Shown piece after piece: positions 1-8,020 of a DNA stretch of 13,365 nucleotides. Positions within the stretch are counted from its first letter, which is position 1; each line of letters starts with the position of its first letter. The DNA comes from Chlamydiales bacterium. GTDB lineage: Bacteria > Chlamydiota > Chlamydiia > Chlamydiales > JBDQID01. The stretch spans positions 1 to 13,365 of the forward strand of contig JBLFWS010000093.1 in the NCBI GenBank assembly GCA_047611865.1, in the 5' to 3' direction. A model generated the notes under the pieces. That model had not been told where the DNA came from and ran no database searches. It worked only from the letters and a program-made list of their open reading frames with translations. Position numbers and translations under genes: made by a program.

Positions 1-82
1 AATCAAAGAAAGCTTTGAAGGATATGAAAGCGTAGCTTATCCCTCAGATCACCTGCCTATAATTGCAGATCTGACACTTTAG
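1..82 (+). CDS. 3' end of exonuclease/endonuclease/phosphatase (EEP) family protein (partial)
   Basis: Frame from base 2 reads IKESFEGYESVAYPSDHLPIIADLTL* (TAG 80-82). SDHxP(I/V)xA just before the stop is the C-terminal EEP-superfamily motif. Not in the ORF track. Confidence 0.8.
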   Translation, partial: IKESFEGYESVAYPSDHLPIIADLTL

Positions 83-96
83 ATCTGCCCTTCTTA

Positions 97-140
97 TAAC
101 CCCCGGGATTTTCTTGAGTCCGGGGGGTTAATTATATTTT
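97..140 (+). terminator. Probable intrinsic terminator after the EEP gene
   Basis: GC-rich hairpin: TAACCCCCGGGATT (97-110) pairs with AGTCCGGGGGGTTA (117-130), with one mismatch and one G-U pair. Followed by ATTATATTTT; lies 14 nt after the stop. Confidence 0.65.
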
Positions 141-164
141 CCGCATTAACTCCACTCCAATGGG

Positions 165-194
165 TTGACAAGCAGCAGTAAAATATTTAATGAT
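165..194 (+). promoter_or_regulatory. Candidate sigma70/sigma66 promoter for the comB-like gene
   Basis: Perfect TTGACA at 165-170 followed by an AT-rich TATTTAATGAT around 184-194. The -10 box is imperfect. Confidence 0.35.
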
Positions 195-224
195 AGTTTT
201 TTTGGGGGGAAGGGGAATTTCCAA

Positions 225-956
225 ATGGCAGATTATTCTACACAACATAGTCATCTACTTATAGAAAAAGTCTATACATCAAAGTGTGTATCTGAAGATT
301 TTGTGGTGGTCATCGATGTTTTGAGGGCCTTTACTACTGCAGCCTATGCGTTTGCTGCTGGTGCAGAGAAGATACTACTTGTCAAAGAGGTAGAAGAGGC
401 CTTTGCACTAAAAGAGGAGAACCCGGATTTCCTCCTGATAGGAGAGGAAAAGGGCCTTCCTTGTCAGGGATTTGACTATGGGAATTCACCCATACAGTTT
501 ACGGAAAGAAATGTTGCGGGCAGGACTCTTGTCCAAAGGACGTCTTGTGGAACAAAAGGAGTTGTTGGTGCGATTGATTCACGGATAATCCTCGTTTCAA
601 GCTTCGTTGTTGCTGGGGGGACTCTTGAGAGAATAAGATGTCTCTTACCAAACAAGGTGACATTTGTGATGACGGGTGGATCTGACGGGGACGAAGATCT
701 CGCTTTGGCAGATTATCTTGGAGAGAGCTTAATCCAAGGGGGGGGAGATCCTACGCCATATCTTAGGCGTGTGGTTAATTCCCCTGGAGGGAGAAGTTTC
801 GTGGATAAAACAAACGGGAACTTTCCCAGGAAGGACCTGGAGGCAGCTGTACTGCTGGATTTCTTTCCATTTTCTCTAGAAGTTTTTAAAGAAGATATAG
901 GGATTGTCTTGCGTCCTACCCAGTCTGATGGCGCTACTTATGTGTGTCATAAGTAG
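225..956 (+). CDS. comB: ComB-family (2-phosphosulfolactate phosphatase-like) phosphatase
   Basis: Motifs VVVIDVLRAFTT, GEEKG...GFDYGNSP, RTSCGT and ED are typical of ComB. Start moved to ATG 225, which follows a purine-rich GGAAGGGG. The track's TTG at 165 is part of a TTGACA box. Confidence 0.88.
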   Translation: MADYSTQHSHLLIEKVYTSKCVSEDFVVVIDVLRAFTTAAYAFAAGAEKILLVKEVEEAFALKEENPDFLLIGEEKGLPCQGFDYGNSPIQFTERNVAGRTLVQRTSCGTKGVVGAIDSRIILVSSFVVAGGTLERIRCLLPNKVTFVMTGGSDGDEDLALADYLGESLIQGGGDPTPYLRRVVNSPGGRSFVDKTNGNFPRKDLEAAVLLDFFPFSLEVFKEDIGIVLRPTQSDGATYVCHK

Positions 957-1164
957 GAGTGAAGCCTAGCAGTATCTTTGTTCTATAAGATCCTTGGGAA
1001 CTACGACATTAGGATTCATTTTTTTTATTAGTAAGCTGGGAGGTCGTGGAATAGTCATTATTTAATTACGTGGTTATTAGTAATATTACTTGGTGGTCAA
1101 CTTGGTTTTGCAACGTGGATCTTTTCATTTAAAACTATATCAAGTCAAGTGTTATAGTTAATTA

Positions 1165-1193
1165 TTTACAATTACTTACTTAAATGGTAGTAT
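1165..1193 (+). promoter_or_regulatory. Candidate sigma70/sigma66 promoter for the toxin-like gene
   Basis: TTTACA (1165-1170), 17-nt spacer, TAGTAT (1188-1193), with an extended -10 TG at 1185-1186. Lies 50 nt upstream of ATG 1244. Confidence 0.5.
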
Positions 1194-1243
1194 ATCTGTT
1201 TATTATTCGATTTTTGAGACAAAAGAGATAGGTTCTGTAATAA

Positions 1244-2524
1244 ATGGCTATTCCAAATAATCTCCTTCCCCCAATAAGTTCATGGCTTGATGGTTTACCC
1301 TTGCCAAATGAAATTTATGATTTTGATCTTGAAGAAAGACCTGTACTTAATGGACCAGAGGACCCCTTTTTATTTGATTTTTCAGGTGGGATTGATTTTA
1401 ACGAATTACTTGACACTCTAAATTATGAACCCACGCCACTTATACCTCAGCGCTTATCAGTAGCCGATTTTAAGATACTTCCACCTCTTGATTGCATGCA
1501 ATTTTTAGTACGGATGTTTGAAGATATTAACAGAAACGGCGGAAAAGAGAACTGTGGGCATTGTGCTATGCAAGTTCATAGGATTTTGAAAGGTACTGAT
1601 ACTTTCGAAGATCTATTTCCGGCGCCAACCGAAAACGCAAATCTTTTTTCTCCTTCTCCTCCTCTTCAAGACAAAAGTACTACTAGGGGTAAGCTGACAG
1701 ACGAGCGGATACTCAGTGTTTGTTTAAAAGCTTTTTCTGAAATAGTTACGATAGATCTTAGAGCAGGGGCTCCTGTTGAGAATATTCAAAGCCTGGATTT
1801 CCCCCAAATCGAAAAAGGAGTTCGACTACCAGTGTGTAATCGAACAGAGCTAACGGGGAAGCTTCTGGATCTACCCAGAAATAAAAATGGTCAGACAAGA
1901 GGCTTTTTGTTTTATACTCATCGTAACAATATTGGAATAGGCCATGTAAATAATTTTTTTGTAAATGGAGATGCTGTCTATTACATAGATGGCCAGAGAC
2001 AGGAATCTAATCCCGTTTCTCTTATCCCGGATTTCAGGAATTTTATGGATGACAGGGTTTGTTACTTACAAGACTCTCAGGATATCCCCTCTACAGAAGA
2101 AGTAGTACTTGTTAAATCAGAATTCGCGGAGCCTCCGCAGGCTAGTTCAGAAGCTGAAGAATGGTTTCTTTTGGGCCTTGTTGAGCAAAACGCTCAAAAA
2201 AGTATTGGATATCTCGGAAAAGCGGCTTTTCTTGAGCATTCTGACGCACAATTTTTTTTATCACAGTTTTGTAAAGACTTTGGAGATCTAGAGCAATCCA
2301 GCAAATGGTTGCTCAAGGCGATACAAAACAAAAATAAAAAAGCCTTGGAGTACCTCAAAGTACTTAACTCGACAGAAGTGCAAGCTCCCACTCTTCCAAG
2401 TAACAAGCGAGGGCTAGATTTGGAAGATGGATCTAGCAGCGGGCAAAGAAAGAAACTTCGGGAGGATGAGGCTAGTCCTCGTAGCCCAAGATCTTCAGCA
2501 TTGTTTGATTTTGCTGCGCCCTAG
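1244..2524 (+). CDS. Putative secreted effector: papain-fold toxin/glutamine-deamidase-like domain + Sel1-like repeats + bipartite NLS
   Basis: NCGHCA..VHRILKG (N103/C104), GHVNN (H234) and YYIDGQ (D249/Q251) match the NC...H...DxQ signature of papain-fold toxin (Tox-PL) domains. Sel1-like segment AEEWFLLG...YLGKAAFLEHSDAQFFL...KWLLKAIQNKNKKA. C-terminal KR-x12-RKKLR. Confidence 0.75.
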   Translation: MAIPNNLLPPISSWLDGLPLPNEIYDFDLEERPVLNGPEDPFLFDFSGGIDFNELLDTLNYEPTPLIPQRLSVADFKILPPLDCMQFLVRMFEDINRNGGKENCGHCAMQVHRILKGTDTFEDLFPAPTENANLFSPSPPLQDKSTTRGKLTDERILSVCLKAFSEIVTIDLRAGAPVENIQSLDFPQIEKGVRLPVCNRTELTGKLLDLPRNKNGQTRGFLFYTHRNNIGIGHVNNFFVNGDAVYYIDGQRQESNPVSLIPDFRNFMDDRVCYLQDSQDIPSTEEVVLVKSEFAEPPQASSEAEEWFLLGLVEQNAQKSIGYLGKAAFLEHSDAQFFLSQFCKDFGDLEQSSKWLLKAIQNKNKKALEYLKVLNSTEVQAPTLPSNKRGLDLEDGSSSGQRKKLREDEASPRSPRSSALFDFAAP

Positions 2525-2992
2525 CTAGAGAACTAGTCATTTCCATGACTTGTTCAGAGATCTGAGATTTTTTCATTAGAGCTTCAAAAACTGACTCAAA
2601 TTCTTTTGTGATAGCAAGTGTTATCCCTTCTTCCAGGCGATGACCGTCAATCTCGTGTTTTTTTAGGATATGAAGAGCTAGCTCTCGGTTGTTTAGTTCG
2701 AGGGATCTGACGAAAGCTTTTTGGATACAGCGAGAAGATAGGTCACCCATATCAATGAAATGTTTAGCAGAAGCAGTTTTGTTGCTTTTTACGGCATCCC
2801 AGAAACAGTTGTAGATATCAGATTGCGGAACTTTCTCGGTAGAGAGCATCGAGAGGAGAATTTATTGACGTAGGTTCTTCCTTGAAAGGAACTCTTCCGT
2901 AATGAGGACATAGTATCAGCGTCGAGCATTCCACAAAGATCTTCAGGGGGGACGGCAAGGGGAATCGCTGTAAAGGATTTCATCGTCATCAT
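2472..2992 (-). pseudogene. Ankyrin-like repeat protein split by a 1-nt frameshift
   Basis: ATG 2992 has a GGGAG RBS. Adding one A to the minus-strand AAA run (2861-2863) joins ORFs 2992-2789 and 2849-2472 into 173 aa. The junction reads LRKSSFQGRTYVNKILLS (ankyrin-like), and later repeats read AVKSNKTASAKHFI, SLELNNRELALHIL, AITKEFESVFEALM. Confidence 0.6.
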
Positions 2993-3020
2993 AAGTTATT
3001 CTCCCTAATTTTATTACGCA

Positions 3021-4460
3021 CTAGGAGGGTATAGCAGCCACCTGTTTTTTTTCGGTAATAAATTTTTGCCCGCAATAGGCTGACCAGATCCAGAATATCT
3101 TGATAATGGAGATGGAAATAATGGCTACAGGTAGCGCACTGGAAAGAGTTTGGAAGGTCCCTAAAAGAAATTGAAGGTATATACCTTCGCAGGATTTACC
3201 CAGTTTAGGGCAGAAGCTGTCTACAATGGGTTTTCCTTGCACCTTGGTTTGTAGGGGGAGATAGGTAAAGGCAAGTTCCTTGGATACATCGAAGAAGGTG
3301 TATTTGCAGACGCGGTTTAAAGTAAAGTAGATAGCTCCGAGTCCAACGGTATAATGTAAAAAGATGGGGTCTGCGGAAGCAGAAGCGGAAAAGAAGTAAA
3401 TTAAAATTCCGCAAGGAAGCAAAAGAATGGGGGTCGCTGAGGCGGCTATTCCCCAGGAGAAATACTTTACTATCTGTGCAGCTCCAACAAGGGAAAGCAG
3501 GGTAGAAAATACTCCGATATAAATGGTCACCTGGTTCAGGTACATATTAAAGGCAACGGGATCCGGATGCAGAATACTGAGTTGATTGTACCAGAGTACT
3601 TCCATGAGACTGGTGCTAAAGAAATAAGCACAAGTCATCCACATTAGTGGCCAAAGACCTCTTGTAGAGATTATCTGCTTCAGATGAACGGATAAAGGGG
3701 TTTTGCTGGCGTCGTTCTTGAGTTGCTCTTCTATCACCCCTTGTTCTTGGAAATGATAGCGATACAATAAGTAATAGATGCAAGCAACGATTACTCCCGT
3801 TATCACGATGAAAGTGGCTGTATAGTTAAGGAAATTTTCCCATTTCTCTATGGAGCTGAGGTCAGAGCCGGAGCTGGCCCAAAGGGTAAACTTTCCGGAG
3901 CAAACTCCGGAAAGGTTAGCGAGGAAAATGAGGAAAGGGTATAGCCTTTTCGCTTCTTCAGGGTGGGTCATTCTATTGGCAAAACCCCAGAAGAGCAAAA
4001 GAATGACGGTTGTTCCCCACATCTCAGAGATAATATAAAAAAAGGAGAGGTACCAGTGTCTGAAAATTTCGGAAATGGGTGCCATCCAATTAGGAAGGAG
4101 TTCTTTTAAAAATATCCCGGCAGCGTGCCATTCTATGAGTTCTCGGTTAGGGTAGAATACAAAGAAAAATAGCATGTAGTAGATGAGGAATGGGAAGAAA
4201 ATCATAAAGAAAAGTGCTTTCTGGCTAAACCGGGAAGACAGAGATATGTAACCCACAGAAAATCCCCAGGCAATCGGCAGCAGGAACCACGTTTTAATAA
4301 AAGGTAGTGCCTCAGCTTTTAAATGGGGGTGGGTGACGATAAGAGTTTCTTTAATGTTTCGTAGTAGGTGGTAGTCCGTTGTGAGCAATAAGCACATTAT
4401 TGCCATTGGGAGAAAGCGGAGCATCTCTGAACGGGAAAATGGAAACAAGAATTTTATCAT
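3021..4460 (-). CDS. ntt: Nucleotide transport protein (NTT/TLC ATP/ADP translocase family), divergent paralog
   Basis: Multi-TM 479-aa protein with LLRNIKETL, FIKTW, SEMWG, FWGFANRMT..EEAKRLYP and KYTFFDVSKELAF...KVQGK...D....LGKS. Confidence 0.9.
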   Translation of the reverse strand: MIKFLFPFSRSEMLRFLPMAIMCLLLTTDYHLLRNIKETLIVTHPHLKAEALPFIKTWFLLPIAWGFSVGYISLSSRFSQKALFFMIFFPFLIYYMLFFFVFYPNRELIEWHAAGIFLKELLPNWMAPISEIFRHWYLSFFYIISEMWGTTVILLLFWGFANRMTHPEEAKRLYPFLIFLANLSGVCSGKFTLWASSGSDLSSIEKWENFLNYTATFIVITGVIVACIYYLLYRYHFQEQGVIEEQLKNDASKTPLSVHLKQIISTRGLWPLMWMTCAYFFSTSLMEVLWYNQLSILHPDPVAFNMYLNQVTIYIGVFSTLLSLVGAAQIVKYFSWGIAASATPILLLPCGILIYFFSASASADPIFLHYTVGLGAIYFTLNRVCKYTFFDVSKELAFTYLPLQTKVQGKPIVDSFCPKLGKSCEGIYLQFLLGTFQTLSSALPVAIISISIIKIFWIWSAYCGQKFITEKKQVAAIPS

Positions 4461-4487
4461 TAAGGTATTATACTAGTTATTAATTGT

Positions 4488-5951
4488 TTAATCTTCAGAA
4501 TATTCTAAACGTTTTTTATATAAAAGTGAAAGGATATTAATGGATCGTATCCAAAACAAGCACATAACTACGAGTGTCCCTAATAAATAGATGAATGCTG
4601 AGGAGAAATTGGTAAAAAAGGCGAAAACTCCTTGCTGGATCAAAGAACCGGCAGACTTGCCGAGACGAACGCCCACAACATCTACAGCGGCTTTCCCTTT
4701 TACTTTAGATTCCTGATCTAAGGGAAGGTAAGCCATTTCCTTTGTTGGGTCAAATAATGCGTATTTGATGGATTTGCCGAAAATATTTGTAAGAGAGCCC
4801 AAGACGATCACGAGGAAAAGGAATGAGCTTCCGATTGCCTGTAGCTTAACGTCAAGAAAATTTTCTAAATACACACTGGAGAAGAACGATAGGCCAGAGA
4901 TCAGAATAAAAATTGGAGGTATCAGTGCTCCTATCCTCCACCCAAAGAATCTGAGGCAAAGGCTACCTACGCTCATCAGGAGAATCGTAGAAACTCCAGT
5001 AGCGACAGAGAAATATCCTAAGAGGGTCGTGAATTCATTTTTAGTCTCGGAGTAACTTTCAATGTAGTATTTCCAGGAGATCTCAAGAAGGTTACTAGTA
5101 ACGGCAAAGCAGAGAACCATGACGGCCATATGGCTAAGGTAAGGGGAGTTGGCCACGTGTTTTAGACTGTCTTTGATAGAAAGGGTGGTCTTTTTCTTTG
5201 TTTGGTTTCCCTTTTCCTCTGTATCCATGGGGACAATGTTTTTATTGATATATCTGTAAAGAAATAATATCGCTGTACTAGTCACCAAAAGGATAATGGT
5301 AAAGTAAGCAAAAGAGTGCTCCCAGCTCCTCTGATAGTTTTGCGATGTCTCACGGGATAACAATACGAGAGTGATGCCCCCCATGATCATCCCGAAATCC
5401 GCAATCTGACCAAAGAGAGGATAAAATCTTTTGGCTTGATCTGTGGAAACAAAAGAGTTGGTAAATTGCCAGAAAAGCAGCGAGATCATCACACTGCTCC
5501 ACAACTCAGAAATGAAATAGAAGAAAGTAAAAGGCCAGTATTCTATGAGCACAGCTAGATGATAGAGACCGCCGTGTAAGAAAGAGTCGGGTAGGTATGA
5601 GTAAATGCTTGTCAGCTTAAAGAAGTCCACATAGGGATGGATGACAAACCCAAAAACAGCAAAAACAAGCATGAATGCCAATATTATGCCGCAGAAAATG
5701 CTGCTGGGCTGAAAGTGGTTGCTTAATTTGGAATAGACGAAGAAAAAAACGAACATAAGGGGCAGTACAAACCATGTCTTGACGAATGCCAGGGAGAAAG
5801 CTCCATTGGTCATCACAATCAAAGTGTCTTTTAAGTTGCGCAAGAGGGTGTTACAAAATATGATAAGCAACATTAGAATGGCTAGAGACAAAAACTTTTT
5901 CATCTCATTGTTTTCTATGGGAAATAGGACTTTTCGAAATTTTGAAGTCAT
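4488..5951 (-). CDS. ntt: Nucleotide transport protein (NTT/TLC ATP/ADP translocase family)
   Basis: Multi-TM 487-aa protein with LLRNLKDTL, FVKTW, SELWSS, FWQFTN...AKRFYPLF and near-canonical KYALFDPTKEMAYLPLD...KVKGKAAVDVVGVRLGKS. Confidence 0.93.
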   Translation of the reverse strand: MTSKFRKVLFPIENNEMKKFLSLAILMLLIIFCNTLLRNLKDTLIVMTNGAFSLAFVKTWFVLPLMFVFFFVYSKLSNHFQPSSIFCGIILAFMLVFAVFGFVIHPYVDFFKLTSIYSYLPDSFLHGGLYHLAVLIEYWPFTFFYFISELWSSVMISLLFWQFTNSFVSTDQAKRFYPLFGQIADFGMIMGGITLVLLSRETSQNYQRSWEHSFAYFTIILLVTSTAILFLYRYINKNIVPMDTEEKGNQTKKKTTLSIKDSLKHVANSPYLSHMAVMVLCFAVTSNLLEISWKYYIESYSETKNEFTTLLGYFSVATGVSTILLMSVGSLCLRFFGWRIGALIPPIFILISGLSFFSSVYLENFLDVKLQAIGSSFLFLVIVLGSLTNIFGKSIKYALFDPTKEMAYLPLDQESKVKGKAAVDVVGVRLGKSAGSLIQQGVFAFFTNFSSAFIYLLGTLVVMCLFWIRSINILSLLYKKRLEYSED

Positions 5952-5957
5952 GTTTCT

Positions 5958-8018
5958 CTACTGCAGTTGGGTAAGTATTTTTTTTAGTTTCTGTCGGTCT
6001 GATTCATATCGGAACATAGGGTGACAATTTTCCCATATTTCAAGGAAAGAGTCATCAGGGATTTTTACAGGCGTTTTACCAAAGAAAGCTTTACACTCGG
6101 GAGTATGCTCCCAAGAGATGGATAAAAGACTTTCAAGGAATTCTGGCTTGATAGTAAATCCGCCCAAACATTCAGCTTCTACACCAAGAAAATGCCAGAA
6201 CGCCATAGCCTTTTCGTTAAGATCCTCTGTGGCAGGAGTCCAATAGCGATCATTCTTTTGAGCCCAAGGGACAAAGGGCAAGAGATCCTGGAGAATACCT
6301 GGCAGGGGAGGGCTGAGGGCAAAGGTCGTAGCTCTCTGATCATGATGGGGTATGCAGGCCAGGCTTATGCCTCGTGTGATCCAGTGTATTTTTTCGTATC
6401 GTTTGAGAAGAGGAATGAGGTTTTTAATCTGCTGCTCCCAAACATCCCTACTGAGAGGCAGGGTACTTTCCCCACAGCCCCCGAGGTCGAAGCGATAGGT
6501 ATGAAAACCAAGGTCTACACATTCTCGGGACAGGTCGTGGAAGATATAGTTTAAGCCAGAGCGATTTTCACCCAAGCCATGGAGGAAGACGACAGCTTCT
6601 TTTTTTTCCGATACCCAAGGGAACTGGTGGAGGACGTTAAAGCTCGAAGATGAGAAGGGGACGCTCTCTATCTCGGGGTGGGGGGCATTCTCATGGTGGA
6701 TCGGTTTTGTCATTCCGTGATTCTTTATTACGTTTGAATAATATTCGCCACTGCCTTTTATCGTCCGCTCAAATGTGTCAAAATTTACATGGTGCAGGCC
6801 AAAGCGTTTCTCGTAGCCATGGGCCCATTCGAAATTGTCCAGAAAGGACCACACGAAGTAACCCTTCAGAGGGCCTCCCTCTTCTCTGAAGCGGTGAGCC
6901 TGAGAAAAGTGCTTTTCGAGGTACTCTATCCTTCTGCTGTCATCTTCAACGGATGTGCCATTTTCTGTGATGAAGATCTCTTTGGGGGCATATTCCTTAT
7001 GGAGTCGATCCAGCGTTTGGTAAAGTCCGTCCTTGCTGTAACCCCACATATCCGAAAAGGGATTGAAAAAGGGTTCAAGGATTTGAGTGCTTAGAAGGCT
7101 GTTGCTATCATCAAAGCGAATCTTTAGGGAGGTGTAATAGTTAACGCCTATAAAGTCAGGTTCTTGGGAGATAATAGCAGGGTCTTCTTCGTGGATGAAA
7201 GACTCCATCTCAGGGAACTTGTCACGCAGAACTTTTGGATAAGGGTGACGATAGAGAGGGGCAAGAAAAAATTGGTTGAGATAAGCGTCATGAAGGCCAG
7301 CAGCGGCTTGGTCTTTTGCTTCGGAGCCTTCAATTTCAATAGGGTGTAAGTTGAGAGCTATACCTATTTTAGCGCTGCTGTCTATTTCTCGCATAGCCTG
7401 AACGGCCAGCCCGTGGGATAGCATAAGGTGGTGCCCGGTACTTAAAGCCTTGGAGGCATCTTTTACTCCGGGAGCATGGTCTCCTGTGAGGTGTCCAAGG
7501 ACAGAGACGATGTAGGGTTCATTGTGAGTGACCCAATATTTCACTCTCCGGTGGAAACGGCGGAACACGACCTGGGCATAATGGGCGAAATGATAAGCGG
7601 TCTCTCTCTCGGGCCAGCCTCCTTCGTCCTCTAAAGCCTGAGGTAAATCCCAATGATATAGTGTGACAAAGGGTTCTATTTTGTGCTTGAGGAGACAGTC
7701 GATAATTTTTTCGTAGAATAAGAGTCCTTCTTCGTTGATTTCACCTTTTCCCGAGGGGATTATACGGGGCCATGAGATGGAAAAACGATAGGACTTAAGA
7801 CCTACTTGGGCCATGAGCCTGATGTCTTCTTCAAAGCGGTGGAAATGGTCGGCAGCGACCTTTACGTCGGAAGCGTCCTTGATATTTCCTGGGACGGAAC
7901 AAAATTGATCCCAAATGGACAGGCCTTTGCCTCCTTCATTCCATCCTCCCTCGATTTGAACTGCCGATGTGGCAGATCCCCATAGAAAGTCTATGGGGAA
8001 AGACTTCTTATCTTGCAT
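5958..8018 (-). CDS. GH1 beta-glucosidase fused to a C-terminal alpha/beta-hydrolase domain
   Basis: GH1 (about 8018-6710): FLWGSATSAVQIEG, YRFSISWPRI, TLYHWDLP, acid/base HNEP, nucleophile ITENG, WSFLDNFEW. C-terminal domain (about 6640-5958): FLHGLGENR, YRFDLGGCGES, GISLA, late His (NCHPMF). Confidence 0.92.
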   Translation of the reverse strand: MQDKKSFPIDFLWGSATSAVQIEGGWNEGGKGLSIWDQFCSVPGNIKDASDVKVAADHFHRFEEDIRLMAQVGLKSYRFSISWPRIIPSGKGEINEEGLLFYEKIIDCLLKHKIEPFVTLYHWDLPQALEDEGGWPERETAYHFAHYAQVVFRRFHRRVKYWVTHNEPYIVSVLGHLTGDHAPGVKDASKALSTGHHLMLSHGLAVQAMREIDSSAKIGIALNLHPIEIEGSEAKDQAAAGLHDAYLNQFFLAPLYRHPYPKVLRDKFPEMESFIHEEDPAIISQEPDFIGVNYYTSLKIRFDDSNSLLSTQILEPFFNPFSDMWGYSKDGLYQTLDRLHKEYAPKEIFITENGTSVEDDSRRIEYLEKHFSQAHRFREEGGPLKGYFVWSFLDNFEWAHGYEKRFGLHHVNFDTFERTIKGSGEYYSNVIKNHGMTKPIHHENAPHPEIESVPFSSSSFNVLHQFPWVSEKKEAVVFLHGLGENRSGLNYIFHDLSRECVDLGFHTYRFDLGGCGESTLPLSRDVWEQQIKNLIPLLKRYEKIHWITRGISLACIPHHDQRATTFALSPPLPGILQDLLPFVPWAQKNDRYWTPATEDLNEKAMAFWHFLGVEAECLGGFTIKPEFLESLLSISWEHTPECKAFFGKTPVKIPDDSFLEIWENCHPMFRYESDRQKLKKILTQLQ

Positions 8019-8020
8019 AT

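Noticed and set aside
165..224. TTG start for the ComB ORF
   Set aside because: The TTG is part of a TTGACA box; ATG 225 has a purine-rich RBS and gives a more typical length.
225..956. Evidence for coenzyme M biosynthesis
   Set aside because: No comA/C/D/E in the window, and ComB homologs are widespread outside CoM producers.
1025..1083. Direct repeat TTATTAGTAA (1025-1034, 1074-1083) and scattered CGTGG words upstream of the effector gene
   Set aside because: Short, AT-rich and irregularly spaced; cannot be told from chance, and not a CRISPR or iteron array.
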